Assembly (NCBI GenBank): GCA_036172245.1
Contig: JAYWIR010000013.1
Span: 2,480,001 to 2,544,000, forward strand
DNA from: Raillietiella orientalis
Taxonomy: Eukaryota
Direction of reading: 5' to 3'
DNA: 64,000 bases
How positions within the stretch are numbered: position 1 is the first letter of the stretch; every line of letters starts with the position of its first letter. Positions 12,301 through 23,655 of the stretch are shown one piece after another. The notes beneath the pieces were generated by a model that saw nothing but the letters and a program-made list of their open reading frames with translations, searched no databases and was not told the origin of the DNA. The translations under genes and the position numbers were made by a program.

Positions 12301-15300
12301 AGTATGCGAAACCATGGAACACACGAGGGAGGTGTGCCCTCAAGCAGCAGTGCGGATGGTTTCCAAGAGAAACCTTAAAAAACGTGCCCGGCTTTCGCAG
12401 AAAAGGCTGAAGGCGAAAGCTGCCGTGAAGGCTGTGCCACCCGCGCCCAAGGCCCAAGCCGCACTTGAGACCCCGGCGAACAACGCCGAACAAGTCGAGA
12501 GAACAAGCCAGGAGCCTGGGTGGCAGGTGCCTACGGCCAACAAATCAAAGAAGGACAGGAGGATGGAGAAAAAGCTCGCGTTTCGCCAGAAAAAACAGCA
12601 GGCAAGCGAGCAAATTATAGAATGCAGCGTTGTCGTCGAGCGTATTCCCGACCGCTGCGAAAAAGAACTCGCCGCTACCGACGACAACCCCTCTGTTGAC
12701 TCCGTCAACAGCGAGGGCAGCGAGCCGGCGGCGGAGTCAGTCATCGACACCACCATCGATGACGTAGCATCCGCGCGAGCCGCGGAGGAGCTGGCAGCCT
12801 CGTTGCAGCCAGAACCCTCCACGGCCAGTTGGAGGACGTGTTTTTCCTTCACTCCTCAAAGGGTAGTAGGAAAGCGCTTTCTTGTGTGTGGTGTTTGTTT
12901 ACATCGTCGGTGTCCAATGGCCACGATGCCAGAGGACACCGCGATGGAGGTGGGAGTGGGGGAGGCTAGTTCGCCTTCACAGCCTACTGGAGCAGGGGCA
13001 GCCGCCCTGGAATCATCCCCGGCCACGCCGAGGACATGGAGCGCCATGGTGGCCGCGCCCAGCGCAGAAGCCATGGCGGAGATGGCCGCATACAAGGCCT
13101 CCGGGTACAAGCCTTCGCTTGTGTACCAGGTAGGCAACTTGTTCGACGGCCGGACAGCGCGCGCCTTCAGCAAAGCGTTGAAGGACGCGAATGTTACCGA
13201 GAAGGATCTGGACGGCCTCTCCGTCCTCAGCGGCGGGCAGCGGGTCGAGGTGGTCTGCAAAGATGTTTCCTTTGTCTCACCGCCTAATCCATGCGCCGCT
13301 GAACGTAGACGGCCTCAAGATCCTTCCAGTATCAATGGACCCCTCCGTGGTGGTCCGCATGACTGGCATCACCAGCCGCATGACGCGGACAGCGGTTGGT
13401 GAGGAATTAAGAAACTACGGTGAGGTGCACGCGCTGTGGCCAAAACCCTCCATTTTCGACGGCTTCGATAGCATTTTTGGTGGGCAGGCTGCAGCGCGGG
13501 TCACCGTAAGGAAGAATTGTGGGCTTTCCCACACACTACAGGTGGCGCAAGAAAACGTCGACCTCTGGAATGTAGGGAAGCTTCGGTATTGCGGGCATTG
13601 TGATACCGTAGGACACCTACGTAAAAAGTGTCCCAATATACAATGCCATTTGTGCGGGGAGCGGGGCCACGTTCGGCGCGTGCGCTTCAAACGCCCCACC
13701 CCGGTTCCTCCTGCCGCGAAAAAAGCGCAGGGGAAACGCGCTTCAAAGGTCTCTAGACCTAAAGTGGAAAAGGGCCAACACAAGCTGCCAACACCTCAAC
13801 CTCCGGAGCGTAAGCCGGAGGATAAACCTTCCGAAACGGTGGAAGGCGAAGAGGGATGGCAGCTTGTAGAGGCCAGAAAGCCTAAGAAACTCCCACTTGC
13901 GGAAAGCAAAGAGCGCAAGACGGCCGGTAAGCCGAAAAAACCCGGTCCGCGCACGAAAAGTCTGTGCGAGTGCACGGTGTCACTGGAACGAATCGTCGTT
14001 CCCGAGATTGCCACCCGGAGCGTCGATCCTCCCCTTGCCGTTTCCGCTGCGCCCGAGGCTCGCGACGGCGAACCCTCTGTTTACACAGAGGGTGAGCCGC
14101 GCGACATAGCGGCGGTCGAAGCCGCGGACGCCGCGTTCGCGCAGGCGGCGGAGGAGCTCGCGGTCACGCTGGCCGAGCGTAAGAACCCCTCGCGCAAGGC
14201 CTTGCGAAGGCCGGCTCCGGCGAGAAAGGCACCCACAGGTGAGTTAGACCTGAGGGCCGGAAGTACATCCTCCTCCTCGGAGGCACCCCCCAGGAAGTCG
14301 GGACGCAAGTCGCAGAAGCCCAGGAGGCGCCTCCCCTCCACCAGCGAGGAGGAGAAGACGGAAGCCGTCGCCAGCGTGGGAAATTCGGAGGAGGAATTCC
14401 CACGCTCGGAAGCCGTCGATGCGGCCACCCCCATGGAGGAGGGTGAACAGGTAGGCGCGACTCCACCTGCGGGTGATCCGGCCGACGCGCCGGCACCGAT
14501 GGAGGAGGGGGACCAGGTGCCTTCAGCACCTGACCCCCCTCCTCCACCTAGCGTCCTGCCCCAGCAGGTGGCGGACGCCGCACTGCCATCTTCCCAGGAG
14601 TAACACCTGGGCTCGCCAGTCGCCGTCGGATTCGCGCGGCCTGTTGGAATGTCAACGGGCTGCGCGACGACGGTAACAGGCGAGATACAGCCGACACCCT
14701 GCGGGAGTTCGACCTGGCCCTGTTGCAGTAGATCCACGTGATCACCGCGGCAGACGTCCAGGAGATCGAGACGATCGCGGGAGGTCGGCTGTACTGGCAA
14801 TGCGGCATCCGCAACACCTGCGGGGTCGCGTTCTTCGTGAAGCCGGCCATCGACGTTGCCGTGAAGGGCGTGCGCTTCGATGACGACGGTCGGGTCGGTC
14901 AGCTGACTCTCGGCTGTTACGACTCGATCGAACTGATCGTCACGAATGTGTACGCTTCCAGCGGTAAACAAGGATACAGCGACCGCATCAGGCTGCTGGA
15001 ATCCCTAAAGCGCGACTGGCTGGCGGACACGAACGTGCGGAAGGCTCACCTGATAGCGGGAGATTTCAATCTCCGCCTGCTAACAGGTGAGCCGGAAACA
15101 CAAGTGAACGCGATGAACGAGTTGTGCGCCGCCATGCGTGCGCCCAACTTGTTCGCGGGTGAGAGAGGAATGATCCGCAGCATCGACCACGTCTTCCTCG
15201 ACGCTGACCTGTGTTCACGGGTCGGCACACGGGGGAGGGTTGCGTCGACGTTGTCGGACCATTCCCGGCTAATTTTCGAGATGCGGCCTCGCAACAAAGG

Positions 15301-17840
15301 ACCGCTATCCAGGGATTCGCTTCTGCCGGGAAACTGAACGCGACTCTCAGGTGCGAAGGAACACCTTCGCGAATACCTGAGAGGCGTCACGTTCCGGAAT
15401 CTCCATTAAAACCCGGGTGCGCCGGGACGTTTATTCTCACGAATAAACTTATACAATCTGTGACTGGACCAGTATTCCAGCCACGCCCTGGAAAGATATA
15501 GCCTGCCGGGCTACCGGTGCGCAGACCTGCGCGGTCGACCTCGGCAGCAGAGGGGAGGGGAACGAAACAAAAAGAAAACAAAAAATAAACAAAAATCAGG
15601 GAGGGAGCGCGAAGGGATCACAGTCTGCTGGGAGGGTCCGTCATCCTCTAAAGGATGCCGGCAAGCTGTTTCTGCTTGTGTGGTTCCAGATGGGGCCATC
15701 GCGTCGCCATCCTGAGGAAACGGGCGGCATACACGTTGGCATCCCTGTCGCTGGATCCTCCCGTCGCTTTGCTCCATGCCACGACGATCCCGCGTAGGCA
15801 GCACAGGGCTGCAAGCGAGGCCGCTGGAGGCAGGGCGTCACGGACGAAGAGGGGGCGGAAAGCGTCTCTGGGGTTGCCTTCGGGGATCCCCAGGGCTGCG
15901 GCAAAGCGTTCCCACAAGGGACGGAGGGCAACACAATCCACTAACAGGTGGAGGAGGTATTCCCTCTCCCCGCACCTGACACAATTAGGGTTGACAGCCC
16001 CTTGCGTCCAGTGGTGTCGGCGGGCGTTGCAAGGAAGCCCCCAATGCAACACCATCAGTGCCGACTGTTGCCACTTCATGGGGAGGGTGCGCGAGTCCAT
16101 GAGCACCGAAGGCCACTCGAGATGTTCCTCTGGAACATCCAGTAGCTCTCCTAAGCGCAACAGTCCATTTGGGGTGGTCTTCGGGGTCGCAGCGTTGGTG
16201 AGCTGACCCGTTCTCCAATCCCCGATCTTCTTTGCCCTGCTGGCGATCTTCACAGTTACCTCCCATTGTGCCGCGACGTCGCTGCCCAGATGTTCCCGTA
16301 GGGTAGGCAGTACCACAGCAAGGGAGGTTCTTTGTGCTCACGCTCTCCTTCGGGGATTCTCGATGATTTCTCGGAGCGTGCGGCGGGCATGCGGCCCGAA
16401 CAGAGCTATTCGCTCGTGTTGCGGGCTCTGCTCCTGAATCATCGCCCACGTGCGGACGGTTTCCTGCAACCAGGCAGGACGGTTCGCGGGGCGTACGAGG
16501 ATCCGCGCCGAGTTGTTCTTCACGAGCTTGGCCGCCCTCCCAAGTTGAAGTCCGCAGTGGCAGATGGGGCTTCGGAGTGCAAAGGAGGACGAGAGTCCCG
16601 CATTGCCGGTGGCCCGCTCGACGAGGAGACGTGCAGGGAGGCACCAAGGGGTGCACCAATTTCCTGCCATAAAGGCAACAACTCGGAACTGGAGCTGTAG
16701 CTCCAGCCGCTCCAACGTCAGGAGGCCCAGACCACCATCCCGACGAGGAGCGCACAAGTCCGAAAGACGGACTCGGGGCCTCCCTCTGCCCCAACGGGCG
16801 ATACTCAGGAGGTCCTTCGTCCTCTTCTTTGACTCCGCTGAGGGGGTGCAAACAAAGAGCAAGGGGCGAAGGAGGGGGGCCGCAAACGCGTTCCACGCCG
16901 CGGCCCGTTCCTGCAGGTAGAACCTGCCGTCCTGGAACGGGCCGATCGCCGCCTGAGCCTTCTGAAGGCAGCCGCACCACGCTTCCGCAGGGGAGTAATC
17001 CCCCAACGGCACACCAAGGTACTTGAAGTACCTCACCGTGGGGATCCCCAAACGGATACAGTCCTGCTGCCCTGCCCACGCCGCTCCGACTGGCATTACG
17101 GAGGACTTCGCCCTGTTCACCGTCAGTCCTGTTCCACGACTCAGCAGGTTGAAGAAGTCCTCGACCGCCGAGGCAGGGGTGGACATAGGCAACAGCAGCA
17201 GAAGATCGTCCGCGTACGCCGAAACCGCAGGCGTACCGGGGCAATCGCACGGCAGGTGCGCAACAGTTTCCCTGTACGCTCTCAGCACCAATTCGAAAAA
17301 GGCGCTAAAGAGCAGGGGGCTCAGGCTGTCTCCCTGCCGTATGCCGCGTCGCACCGGTACTCCGTGCACGGTTTGCCCGTTGAAAAGAACATTAATGAGC
17401 GCGTCGCGCCAGCTGGAGCGCAGGTAGGCCAACAAAGAGGCCGGGAAGCCCAAGCGTTCCAGAAGCTCCAGCAGGAGATTCTGGTCGACGCTGTCGAATG
17501 CTTTACGCAAGTCGTCAGCGACTGCAAGGGCTCCCTTCCCCACCCGACCGTTTCGTCTCCCGCCAACGGACGAACCGGAATTCCGGCTGCGCACCAAGCT
17601 CCTTTCATGTTGGAGCTCTAACCATGTGGAAGCGTGGAACAGGTTCGCCTCCATGCTCCGCCCGGGAACAGCATAAGTCTCTTCCGGGCTGATAAAGATG
17701 TTGGCAACCTGTCCCAGACGCTCTGCCCACATCTTGGCTAGAAACTTGGCGTGCGGACGTTTTTTTGTAGCGCTCCTCCGCGCCTGGTGTAAAGCGTTTC
17801 GTTTCTTTTGTGTTTGTGTGTGGAGCATCTGCGGTGTCCA

Positions 17841-19862
17841 ATGGCAGAAATGCCTGAGGACACCGCGATGGATATAGGAGGGGGAGAGCCTTGCTCCTCT
17901 CCCCAACCCACGGAGGTGGTGGCAACCGCCCCCACGGAGGCGACGGCCGCCGCATCCCTGAAAAAGGGGGCAACCGCCGCCTCGGAAGCGAGGGCAAAGA
18001 CCCCCTTGAAAAAGGGAACAAAAGCCCCGCTGGAACAGGGTGCAACCGCCTCCTTGTAAAAGGGGACAACCGCAACCCTGGAAAAGGGCACAACCGCCTC
18101 CTTGAAAAAGGGGGCACCTGCACCCTCGAATGCGTCTTCATCATCGCCGAAGACCTGGAGTTCAGTGGCTGCAGCCCCATCTCCTGCAGCCCTCGCCGAG
18201 CAGAAAGCCTATCTGGAGCAGGGATACAAGCCGTCCTTGATATACAAGGTAGGCAATCTGTTTGTCGGGAACACCGCTCGTAACTTTGAAAGGGAGTTAC
18301 AGCGATTGGATGTTAAAGAGGAAGACCTGGAAGGTCTCTCCGTGATGAGTGGGGGCCTGCGGGTGGAGCTGACGTGCAAAAATGCAAGACTGGCTCAACG
18401 CCTGCTGAACACTCCCATCACTCTGGAAGGCCGAAAGGTCTTCCCTGTAACGGAGGACCGCTCCATTGTTGCCCACCTTACGGGTGTAACTCTTTGCATG
18501 ACCAAAGCTGGCGTGCAGGAAGAGTTACAAAAACATGGTACGGTGCACGCGCTCTGGAACAAGCCCAACGTCTTCCAAACATACGGAAGACTGTTCAGTG
18601 GCATGGCTGCAGCGCGTGTGACGGTCCACGAAAACGGTGGGCTGCCCCACAAACTCGACGTCGGCAACGAGGTCGTCGACGTCTGGTACGTGGGCAAGCC
18701 CAAGTACTGTGGGCACTGTGATGCAACAGGGCACCTGAAAAAACGGTGCCCCCACATCCAGTGCTTCCACTGCGGCGAAAAAGGCCACCTGCGGAAGGTG
18801 TGTCCTAAACGCGAAACCCCGGCTCCCCCTGCTTTGAAAAAAGCCAAAGGGGAACGCGCGGGGCGATCGGACAAGCCTAAGAAGGCACCCGAGAGGCGGA
18901 ACCCACAGCCAGAGCCCGAACCCGTGCAGCAAGCGCCGGTCGAGGGTACTCCCGACGACGCTGGAGAGAGCGAGGGCTGGCATAAGGCGAAGCCTAAAAG
19001 TAAAAAATTAAAGAAAACCGAAGAACCGACAGCGGAACCCGCGACATCTTCTTTAAATAGGAGACAACGCCGCGCGTTGCTCCGCGAATGTTCGGTCGCT
19101 TTGGAGCGAGTGGAGATCCCCGAGACCTCCACCGGGTGAGATATCTCCCGCCTCGTTGACGCCGAAGCCGCGATCGAAAAAGGCGAACCCTCTGTGCAAA
19201 CAGAGGGGGAGCCGAGCGACGCGCTCGCCGCAATCGAGGACGCCGCCTTCCAGCAGGCGGCGGAAGAGCTCGCGGCCGAACTCGCGGAGCGTGAGAATGG
19301 CGCGCGAAAGGCCTTGCGAAGGCCGGCCGCGAGCAAGGCACCTCGGACAGGTGACCACGAACCGGATGCCGGAAGTGCGTCCTCCTCCGCGGAGGCGCCT
19401 CCGAAGAAGACTGGACGGAAGTCCAAGAATCCCAAGAGGCGCATCCCGACAAAGAAGAAGAGGGACGCACCGGCATCCGAGGGGGAAGCCGGCAGCGTGG
19501 GAAAGGAGGGAGGGATTTTCCCACCCTCCGCTACAGAGCAACTGGAGACCCCCATGCAGGAGGGGGATAAGGTGAGTGATTGCCGCCCCCTCCCATCGGT
19601 GGAACCTGTCCAGGAGATAGCCATGGAGGAGGGGGAGCAGACAGCTCACAACCGCTCCCCCCTGCCGTCCAACGCAGCCGACGAATCGGCCCCCATGGAA
19701 GAGGGGGAGCAGGTGCGTGAAACCCGCCCCCATCAACCGTTGCGGTCCGCCGAGAAATCGGCCCCCATGGAGGAGGGAGAACCGGTGCGCGGTGATCCCG
19801 TTCCTCCATCCGTCCCGCCCGACCAGGTGGCGGGAGCCCCATTGCCACTTTCCCAGGAGTAA
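17841..19862 (+). pseudogene. ORF1 of copy C: gag-like nucleic-acid-binding protein with two CCHC zinc knuckles and two in-frame stops
   Basis: ORF-track pieces 17808-18059, 18102-19139 and 19194-19862 share one frame, broken by TAA 18057 and TGA 19137. Knuckles CGHCDATGHLKKRC and CFHCGEKGHLRKVC. Confidence 0.88.
17940..18117 (+). repeat. Imperfect 24-bp tandem repeat (ATASLKKG-like) in C ORF1
   Basis: Repeated (g/a)caaccgcctccttgaaaaagggg-like units. Confidence 0.75.
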
Positions 19863-22800
19863 CACCTGGGCTCGCCTGTCGCCGTCGATTACGCGTGGCC
19901 TGTTGGAACGTGAACGGGCTGCGCGAGGACGGCAACAGACGGGACACGGCCGCCACCCTGCGTGACTTCGACCTGGCACTCCTGCAGGAGATCCACGTGA
20001 TCACCGCGGAGAACGCCCAGGAGATCAAAAGGATCGCAGGGGGACGGCTGATGTGGCAGTGCGGCACCCGATACACCTGCGGCGTCGCGTTTTTTATGAA
20101 GCCGGCAGTCAACGCAGCCGTGAAGGGCGTGCGCTTCGACGAAGCCGGCCGTGTCGGCCAGCTGATTCTCAGGTGGTCCGACACGATCGACCTCGTCGTA
20201 ACAAATGTGTACGCTCCGAGCGGTCCTACCAGGTACCAGGAACGTAAGGCGTTCCTGGAAACCCTAAAGCGCGACTGGCTGGCGGAAGCGAACGTGCGCG
20301 TGGCTCAGCTGATAGCGGGAGACTTTAATCTCCGCCTGCTATCAGGTGAGCCACACGCACAGGAACGGACGGCTAACGAGTTGTGCGCCGCCATGCGCAC
20401 GCGCAACTTGTTAGGGGATCTTTCGGAAATGGTCAGCAGCATCGACCACTTCTTCCTGGATGTCGACCTGTATTCACGGGTCGGCAAACGGGGGAAAGTT
20501 GCGTCAGAGCTGTCTGACCATTTCCGGTTGATATTCGAGGTGTGCCCGCGCGACAAAGGCCCCCCATCCAGGGCGTGGCGTCTGCCTGGGGACTGGACGC
20601 GACTCTCAGGTGCGAAGGAACACCTTCGCGAATTCCTGAGAGGCGTCACCCTCCGCAATCTCAATGATTGGGACCTTTTTAAGGCCTCGGTCCGCGAGTT
20701 TTGCGAGGAGTTCCCCTTGCACCTCCTGCCCCGGGGATTTAAGGAGGGCATCCGTAACGAACGGGCGTACTTATATGCCCGTCGTTACGCGAGGACCCCC
20801 AATGTCCGTCGCCTGGCAGAGTACCGAGCCGGGGCCGAACGTCAAGCCTGGCAATCCGGATCGGCCAGCTTGCTGGACGACCAGGGCCGGGAGCACTCGG
20901 CTCCGGCTAGAATACGGCACCTCGTGCGGCGTTTTTATTCCTCCCTTTACGCCAGGGCGCCCGCGGACCAAGATGTCTCTCGGCGCTTGCTTCCTAACGG
21001 TGCCCCGGCAATAGTGGAGGAGGAGAAGGAAAGCCTCGACGAGCCTTTTACCACCGGCGAAATTCTCGCCGGTATCAAAAGGATCAAGAGGCGGAAAGCA
21101 CCAGCAGAGGACGGCCTGCCTGCGGAGTTTTTTCAATGCTTCGTGGCAGAGTTGGCACCCCTGGTGCTTGAGTTGACAAGGCTGATCCGAGATGAAGGGG
21201 ATGTACCCGCCTCGTTTCGGTCAGCCAGAGTGAGGCTCCTTCCGAAAGGAGGAGACCTCAGGAAACTCAGCAACTGGCGTCCGATCACAATTGTGAACAC
21301 GGACGCCAAGCTGATCGCCGGACTGTGGGCTTCGCGTCTGAGGCAGGTGGCCAAATCCATAATTAGCCCGGAGCAGAATCACGCTGTTCCCGGGCGAAGT
21401 ATGGAGGCCAACCTCTTCTTCGCGAGCACATGGTTTCATGTGCAGAGTAGTAAAGAAAAGGAAGAGAGAAGGATTGGAATCCCCGCTTTGGGGGCGTCAG
21501 CCGGGCAGGGACAGTACTCCCGGGTGGGGAAGGGAGCCCTAGCGATCGCAGTCGATCTGCATAAAGCGTTTGACTGCGTGGACCAGGATCTCCTGCTGGA
21601 GCTCCTGGGACGCATGGGCTTCCCTTCCTCCCTACTGACCTACCTGCGCTCTTGCTGGCGCAGCGCGCTGATCAATATCTCTTTCAGAGGTCAAATGGCG
21701 TACGGCGTACCGGTACGGCGGGGCATACGGCAGGGCGACAGCCTCAGTTACCTGCTCCTTAGCACCTACTTTGAGTTGGTGCTGAGAGCGTACAGGGTGA
21801 CTTTGGCCCCCTTGCCGAGCTCGTGCTCCGGCACGCCCGCCGTTGCAGCATACGCCGACGATCTTTTGCTTCTGTTGCCGATGTCCACCCCGGCGAAGGC
21901 GGTCGGGGATTTCTTCGATCTGCTTAGCCGCGGGACCGCACTTACGGTAAACAGGGCGAAGTCGACGGTGGTTCCAGTCGGTGCGGCGTGGGCTGGGCAG
22001 CAGGACTGGGTCCGCTTGGGGATCCCCACGGCGAGGTGCTTGAAGTACCTTGGTGTGCCGTTGGGGGACTACTCCCCTGCGGAAGCGTGGTCCGGCTGCC
22101 TCCAAAAAGTGGAAACGGCGATCGGCCCGTTCCTGGAAGACAAGTTTCTCCTTCCGGAACGGGCCGCCGTATGGAACGCGTTCGCGGCTCCTATCCTCCG
22201 CCCCCTGCTTTTTGTTTGCCCCGTCCCCAGAGAGTTGAAAAAACGGACAAAGGACCTCCTGAGAATTGCCCTTTGGGGAAGAGGGAGGCCCCGAGTCCCG
22301 TTGAAGGACTCGTGTGCTCCACGTCGGGATGGCGGTCTCGGCCTCTTGACGATGGAGCGAGTAGAGATTCAGCTGCGGTGGCGAACCCTCGCCATCGCAG
22401 CGAAGTTATGCAGCACTTCTTGGTGCGTTCCGGCCCGACTTCTTGCCAGCCGTGTATCCGGGACGGAGGGTCTCGCGTCCTATCTTCTCTGCCGTGGCAA
22501 GAAGATCAAGAGATGCGGACTTCTCCTGGGACGCATGGCAACTCTGGCGAAGGAAAACGGCTGGATGGTATGCAGCCCCGCCAACTCCTCCGCATGGCTG
22601 GAGGAGACAGCTGGCACGTGGGCGAAGATTAATGAAAAAAATGAAGAAATATGGAACTGCCTGCGACGCGGCGCCTATTCCCGCGGCACTCTGCGGAAGA
22701 TACTCCAGTGTCCCGCGAGAAGCACGTGGGCAGAGACAACCCCCCTAGCTACGGCGATGCCCTTCCTGAGGAGGGCGCTCTCCAGCAGCCGCAAGCCTAG

Positions 22801-23449
22801 ATGGCAAGTCTCCTGCCGCATCGCAGGCAAGGAGAAGTTCATCAGCGGCTGGTCCACGGGTGAACTGGCGGACGCCAGTACCCCTAGTGTCCAGCCGAGA
22901 GAACTGCAGAGATGGGGCGAGCTACTCGGCATCCAGCCGGATGACCTGAACTGGCCCCCGGTATTAATTGGATCTAGGATCCTCCCCCTGAAGTGGCAGG
23001 AGTCGGCGCTTCTGTTGTTGCATTGGGGTCTACCCTGCAACGCACGCCGCCACCACTGGACCAGGGGTCGAGTAGATCCTACTTGCATCAGGTGTGGGGA
23101 ACGGGAAACTCTCCCCCACCTCCTTGTTGATTGTGCTGCCCTCCGACCCCTGTGGGAACGTCTTCGTGCCTCCCTACGGATCCAGGAGGGCAGCCAGCCC
23201 AGAGACGTTTTTCGGCTTTTGTTCGTGCATGATGCCCTGCGTCCAGCCGCTGCCCTGGCTGCACTTTGCATCGTACGCGGGATTGTGACGTGCTGGAGCA
23301 ACGTCGGAAGACCGAATCACGACAGGGATGCCGTCGTACTTGCAGTCCGCTACCTGCGGATTGTGACCAGATGGCCCCACCTGGGGATTATACGTTCGGA
23401 CCTCGAGGGCATCCTGCGAAGGATGGACCCTCCTCCCAGTGGTCAGTGA
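19862..23449 (+). CDS. ORF2 of copy C: AP-endonuclease + reverse transcriptase + C-terminal CCHC zinc finger; start codon uncertain (no ATG)
   Basis: 1184-aa open frame from 19895, open upstream to 19796. APE motifs WNVNG, LQE, NVYAP, GDFN, IDH, SDH. RT motifs WRPI, DLHKAFD, GIRQGDSLS, YADD, KYLG. C-terminal CIRC..HL..C. Confidence 0.95.
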   Translation, partial: TPGLACRRRLRVACWNVNGLREDGNRRDTAATLRDFDLALLQEIHVITAENAQEIKRIAGGRLMWQCGTRYTCGVAFFMKPAVNAAVKGVRFDEAGRVGQLILRWSDTIDLVVTNVYAPSGPTRYQERKAFLETLKRDWLAEANVRVAQLIAGDFNLRLLSGEPHAQERTANELCAAMRTRNLLGDLSEMVSSIDHFFLDVDLYSRVGKRGKVASELSDHFRLIFEVCPRDKGPPSRAWRLPGDWTRLSGAKEHLREFLRGVTLRNLNDWDLFKASVREFCEEFPLHLLPRGFKEGIRNERAYLYARRYARTPNVRRLAEYRAGAERQAWQSGSASLLDDQGREHSAPARIRHLVRRFYSSLYARAPADQDVSRRLLPNGAPAIVEEEKESLDEPFTTGEILAGIKRIKRRKAPAEDGLPAEFFQCFVAELAPLVLELTRLIRDEGDVPASFRSARVRLLPKGGDLRKLSNWRPITIVNTDAKLIAGLWASRLRQVAKSIISPEQNHAVPGRSMEANLFFASTWFHVQSSKEKEERRIGIPALGASAGQGQYSRVGKGALAIAVDLHKAFDCVDQDLLLELLGRMGFPSSLLTYLRSCWRSALINISFRGQMAYGVPVRRGIRQGDSLSYLLLSTYFELVLRAYRVTLAPLPSSCSGTPAVAAYADDLLLLLPMSTPAKAVGDFFDLLSRGTALTVNRAKSTVVPVGAAWAGQQDWVRLGIPTARCLKYLGVPLGDYSPAEAWSGCLQKVETAIGPFLEDKFLLPERAAVWNAFAAPILRPLLFVCPVPRELKKRTKDLLRIALWGRGRPRVPLKDSCAPRRDGGLGLLTMERVEIQLRWRTLAIAAKLCSTSWCVPARLLASRVSGTEGLASYLLCRGKKIKRCGLLLGRMATLAKENGWMVCSPANSSAWLEETAGTWAKINEKNEEIWNCLRRGAYSRGTLRKILQCPARSTWAETTPLATAMPFLRRALSSSRKPRWQVSCRIAGKEKFISGWSTGELADASTPSVQPRELQRWGELLGIQPDDLNWPPVLIGSRILPLKWQESALLLLHWGLPCNARRHHWTRGRVDPTCIRCGERETLPHLLVDCAALRPLWERLRASLRIQEGSQPRDVFRLLFVHDALRPAAALAALCIVRGIVTCWSNVGRPNHDRDAVVLAVRYLRIVTRWPHLGIIRSDLEGILRRMDPPPSGQ

Positions 23450-23655
23450 TCCCTCCCCAACCCTTCCAAATCTTTTTTTTTTTATGTTTTATTTTTCTTT
23501 TTGTTTTTTCCCCCACCCCTTTCCGCTGCCGAGGAGAGTCGCGCCGGTCTGCGTACCGGCGACCCGGCAGGTCCAGTTGAGTTGGCCGTAGTGGGGCCTC
23601 GTACCACGAATTATAGAGAATTTATAATAAACGCCCCGGCGTGACCGGGTGCAAA
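23450..23655 (+). other. 3' UTR of copy C: pyrimidine tract, multi-stem RNA structure, AATAAA and terminal hairpin
   Basis: Stems ctgccg/cggcag (23526/23565), gccggt/accggc (23543/23555) and gtgg/ccac (23591/23604); terminal cccgg-cgtga-ccggg. Confidence 0.75.

Larger units (their letters stand above)
17753..23655 (+). mobile_element. LINE copy C, full-length 5.9 kb and uninterrupted; innermost element of the main nest
   Basis: 5' gcggacgtttttttt, ORF1, open ORF2, 3' UTR, and end aataaacgccccggcgtgaccgggtgcaaa. 14-bp TSD tag(a/c)aacttggcgt at 17739-17752 / 23656-23669. Confidence 0.95.

Noticed and set aside
17753..17840. 5' HDV-like self-cleaving ribozyme as in R2 or L1Tc
   Set aside because: I could not trace a nested double pseudoknot by eye in the short T-rich 5' UTRs. 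It is not excluded without a structure search.
19796..19864. Canonical -1 frameshift signal between ORF1 and ORF2
   Set aside because: ORF2 is in the -1 frame, but no correctly phased X XXY YYZ heptamer lies in the overlap, and related families use TAATG.
19862..23449. Prokaryotic RT system (group II intron, retron, DGR) or LTR element
   Set aside because: APE + RT + CCHC with a zinc-knuckle ORF1, variable-length TSDs and 5' truncations identify non-LTR retrotransposons. No LTRs, integrase or protease were seen.
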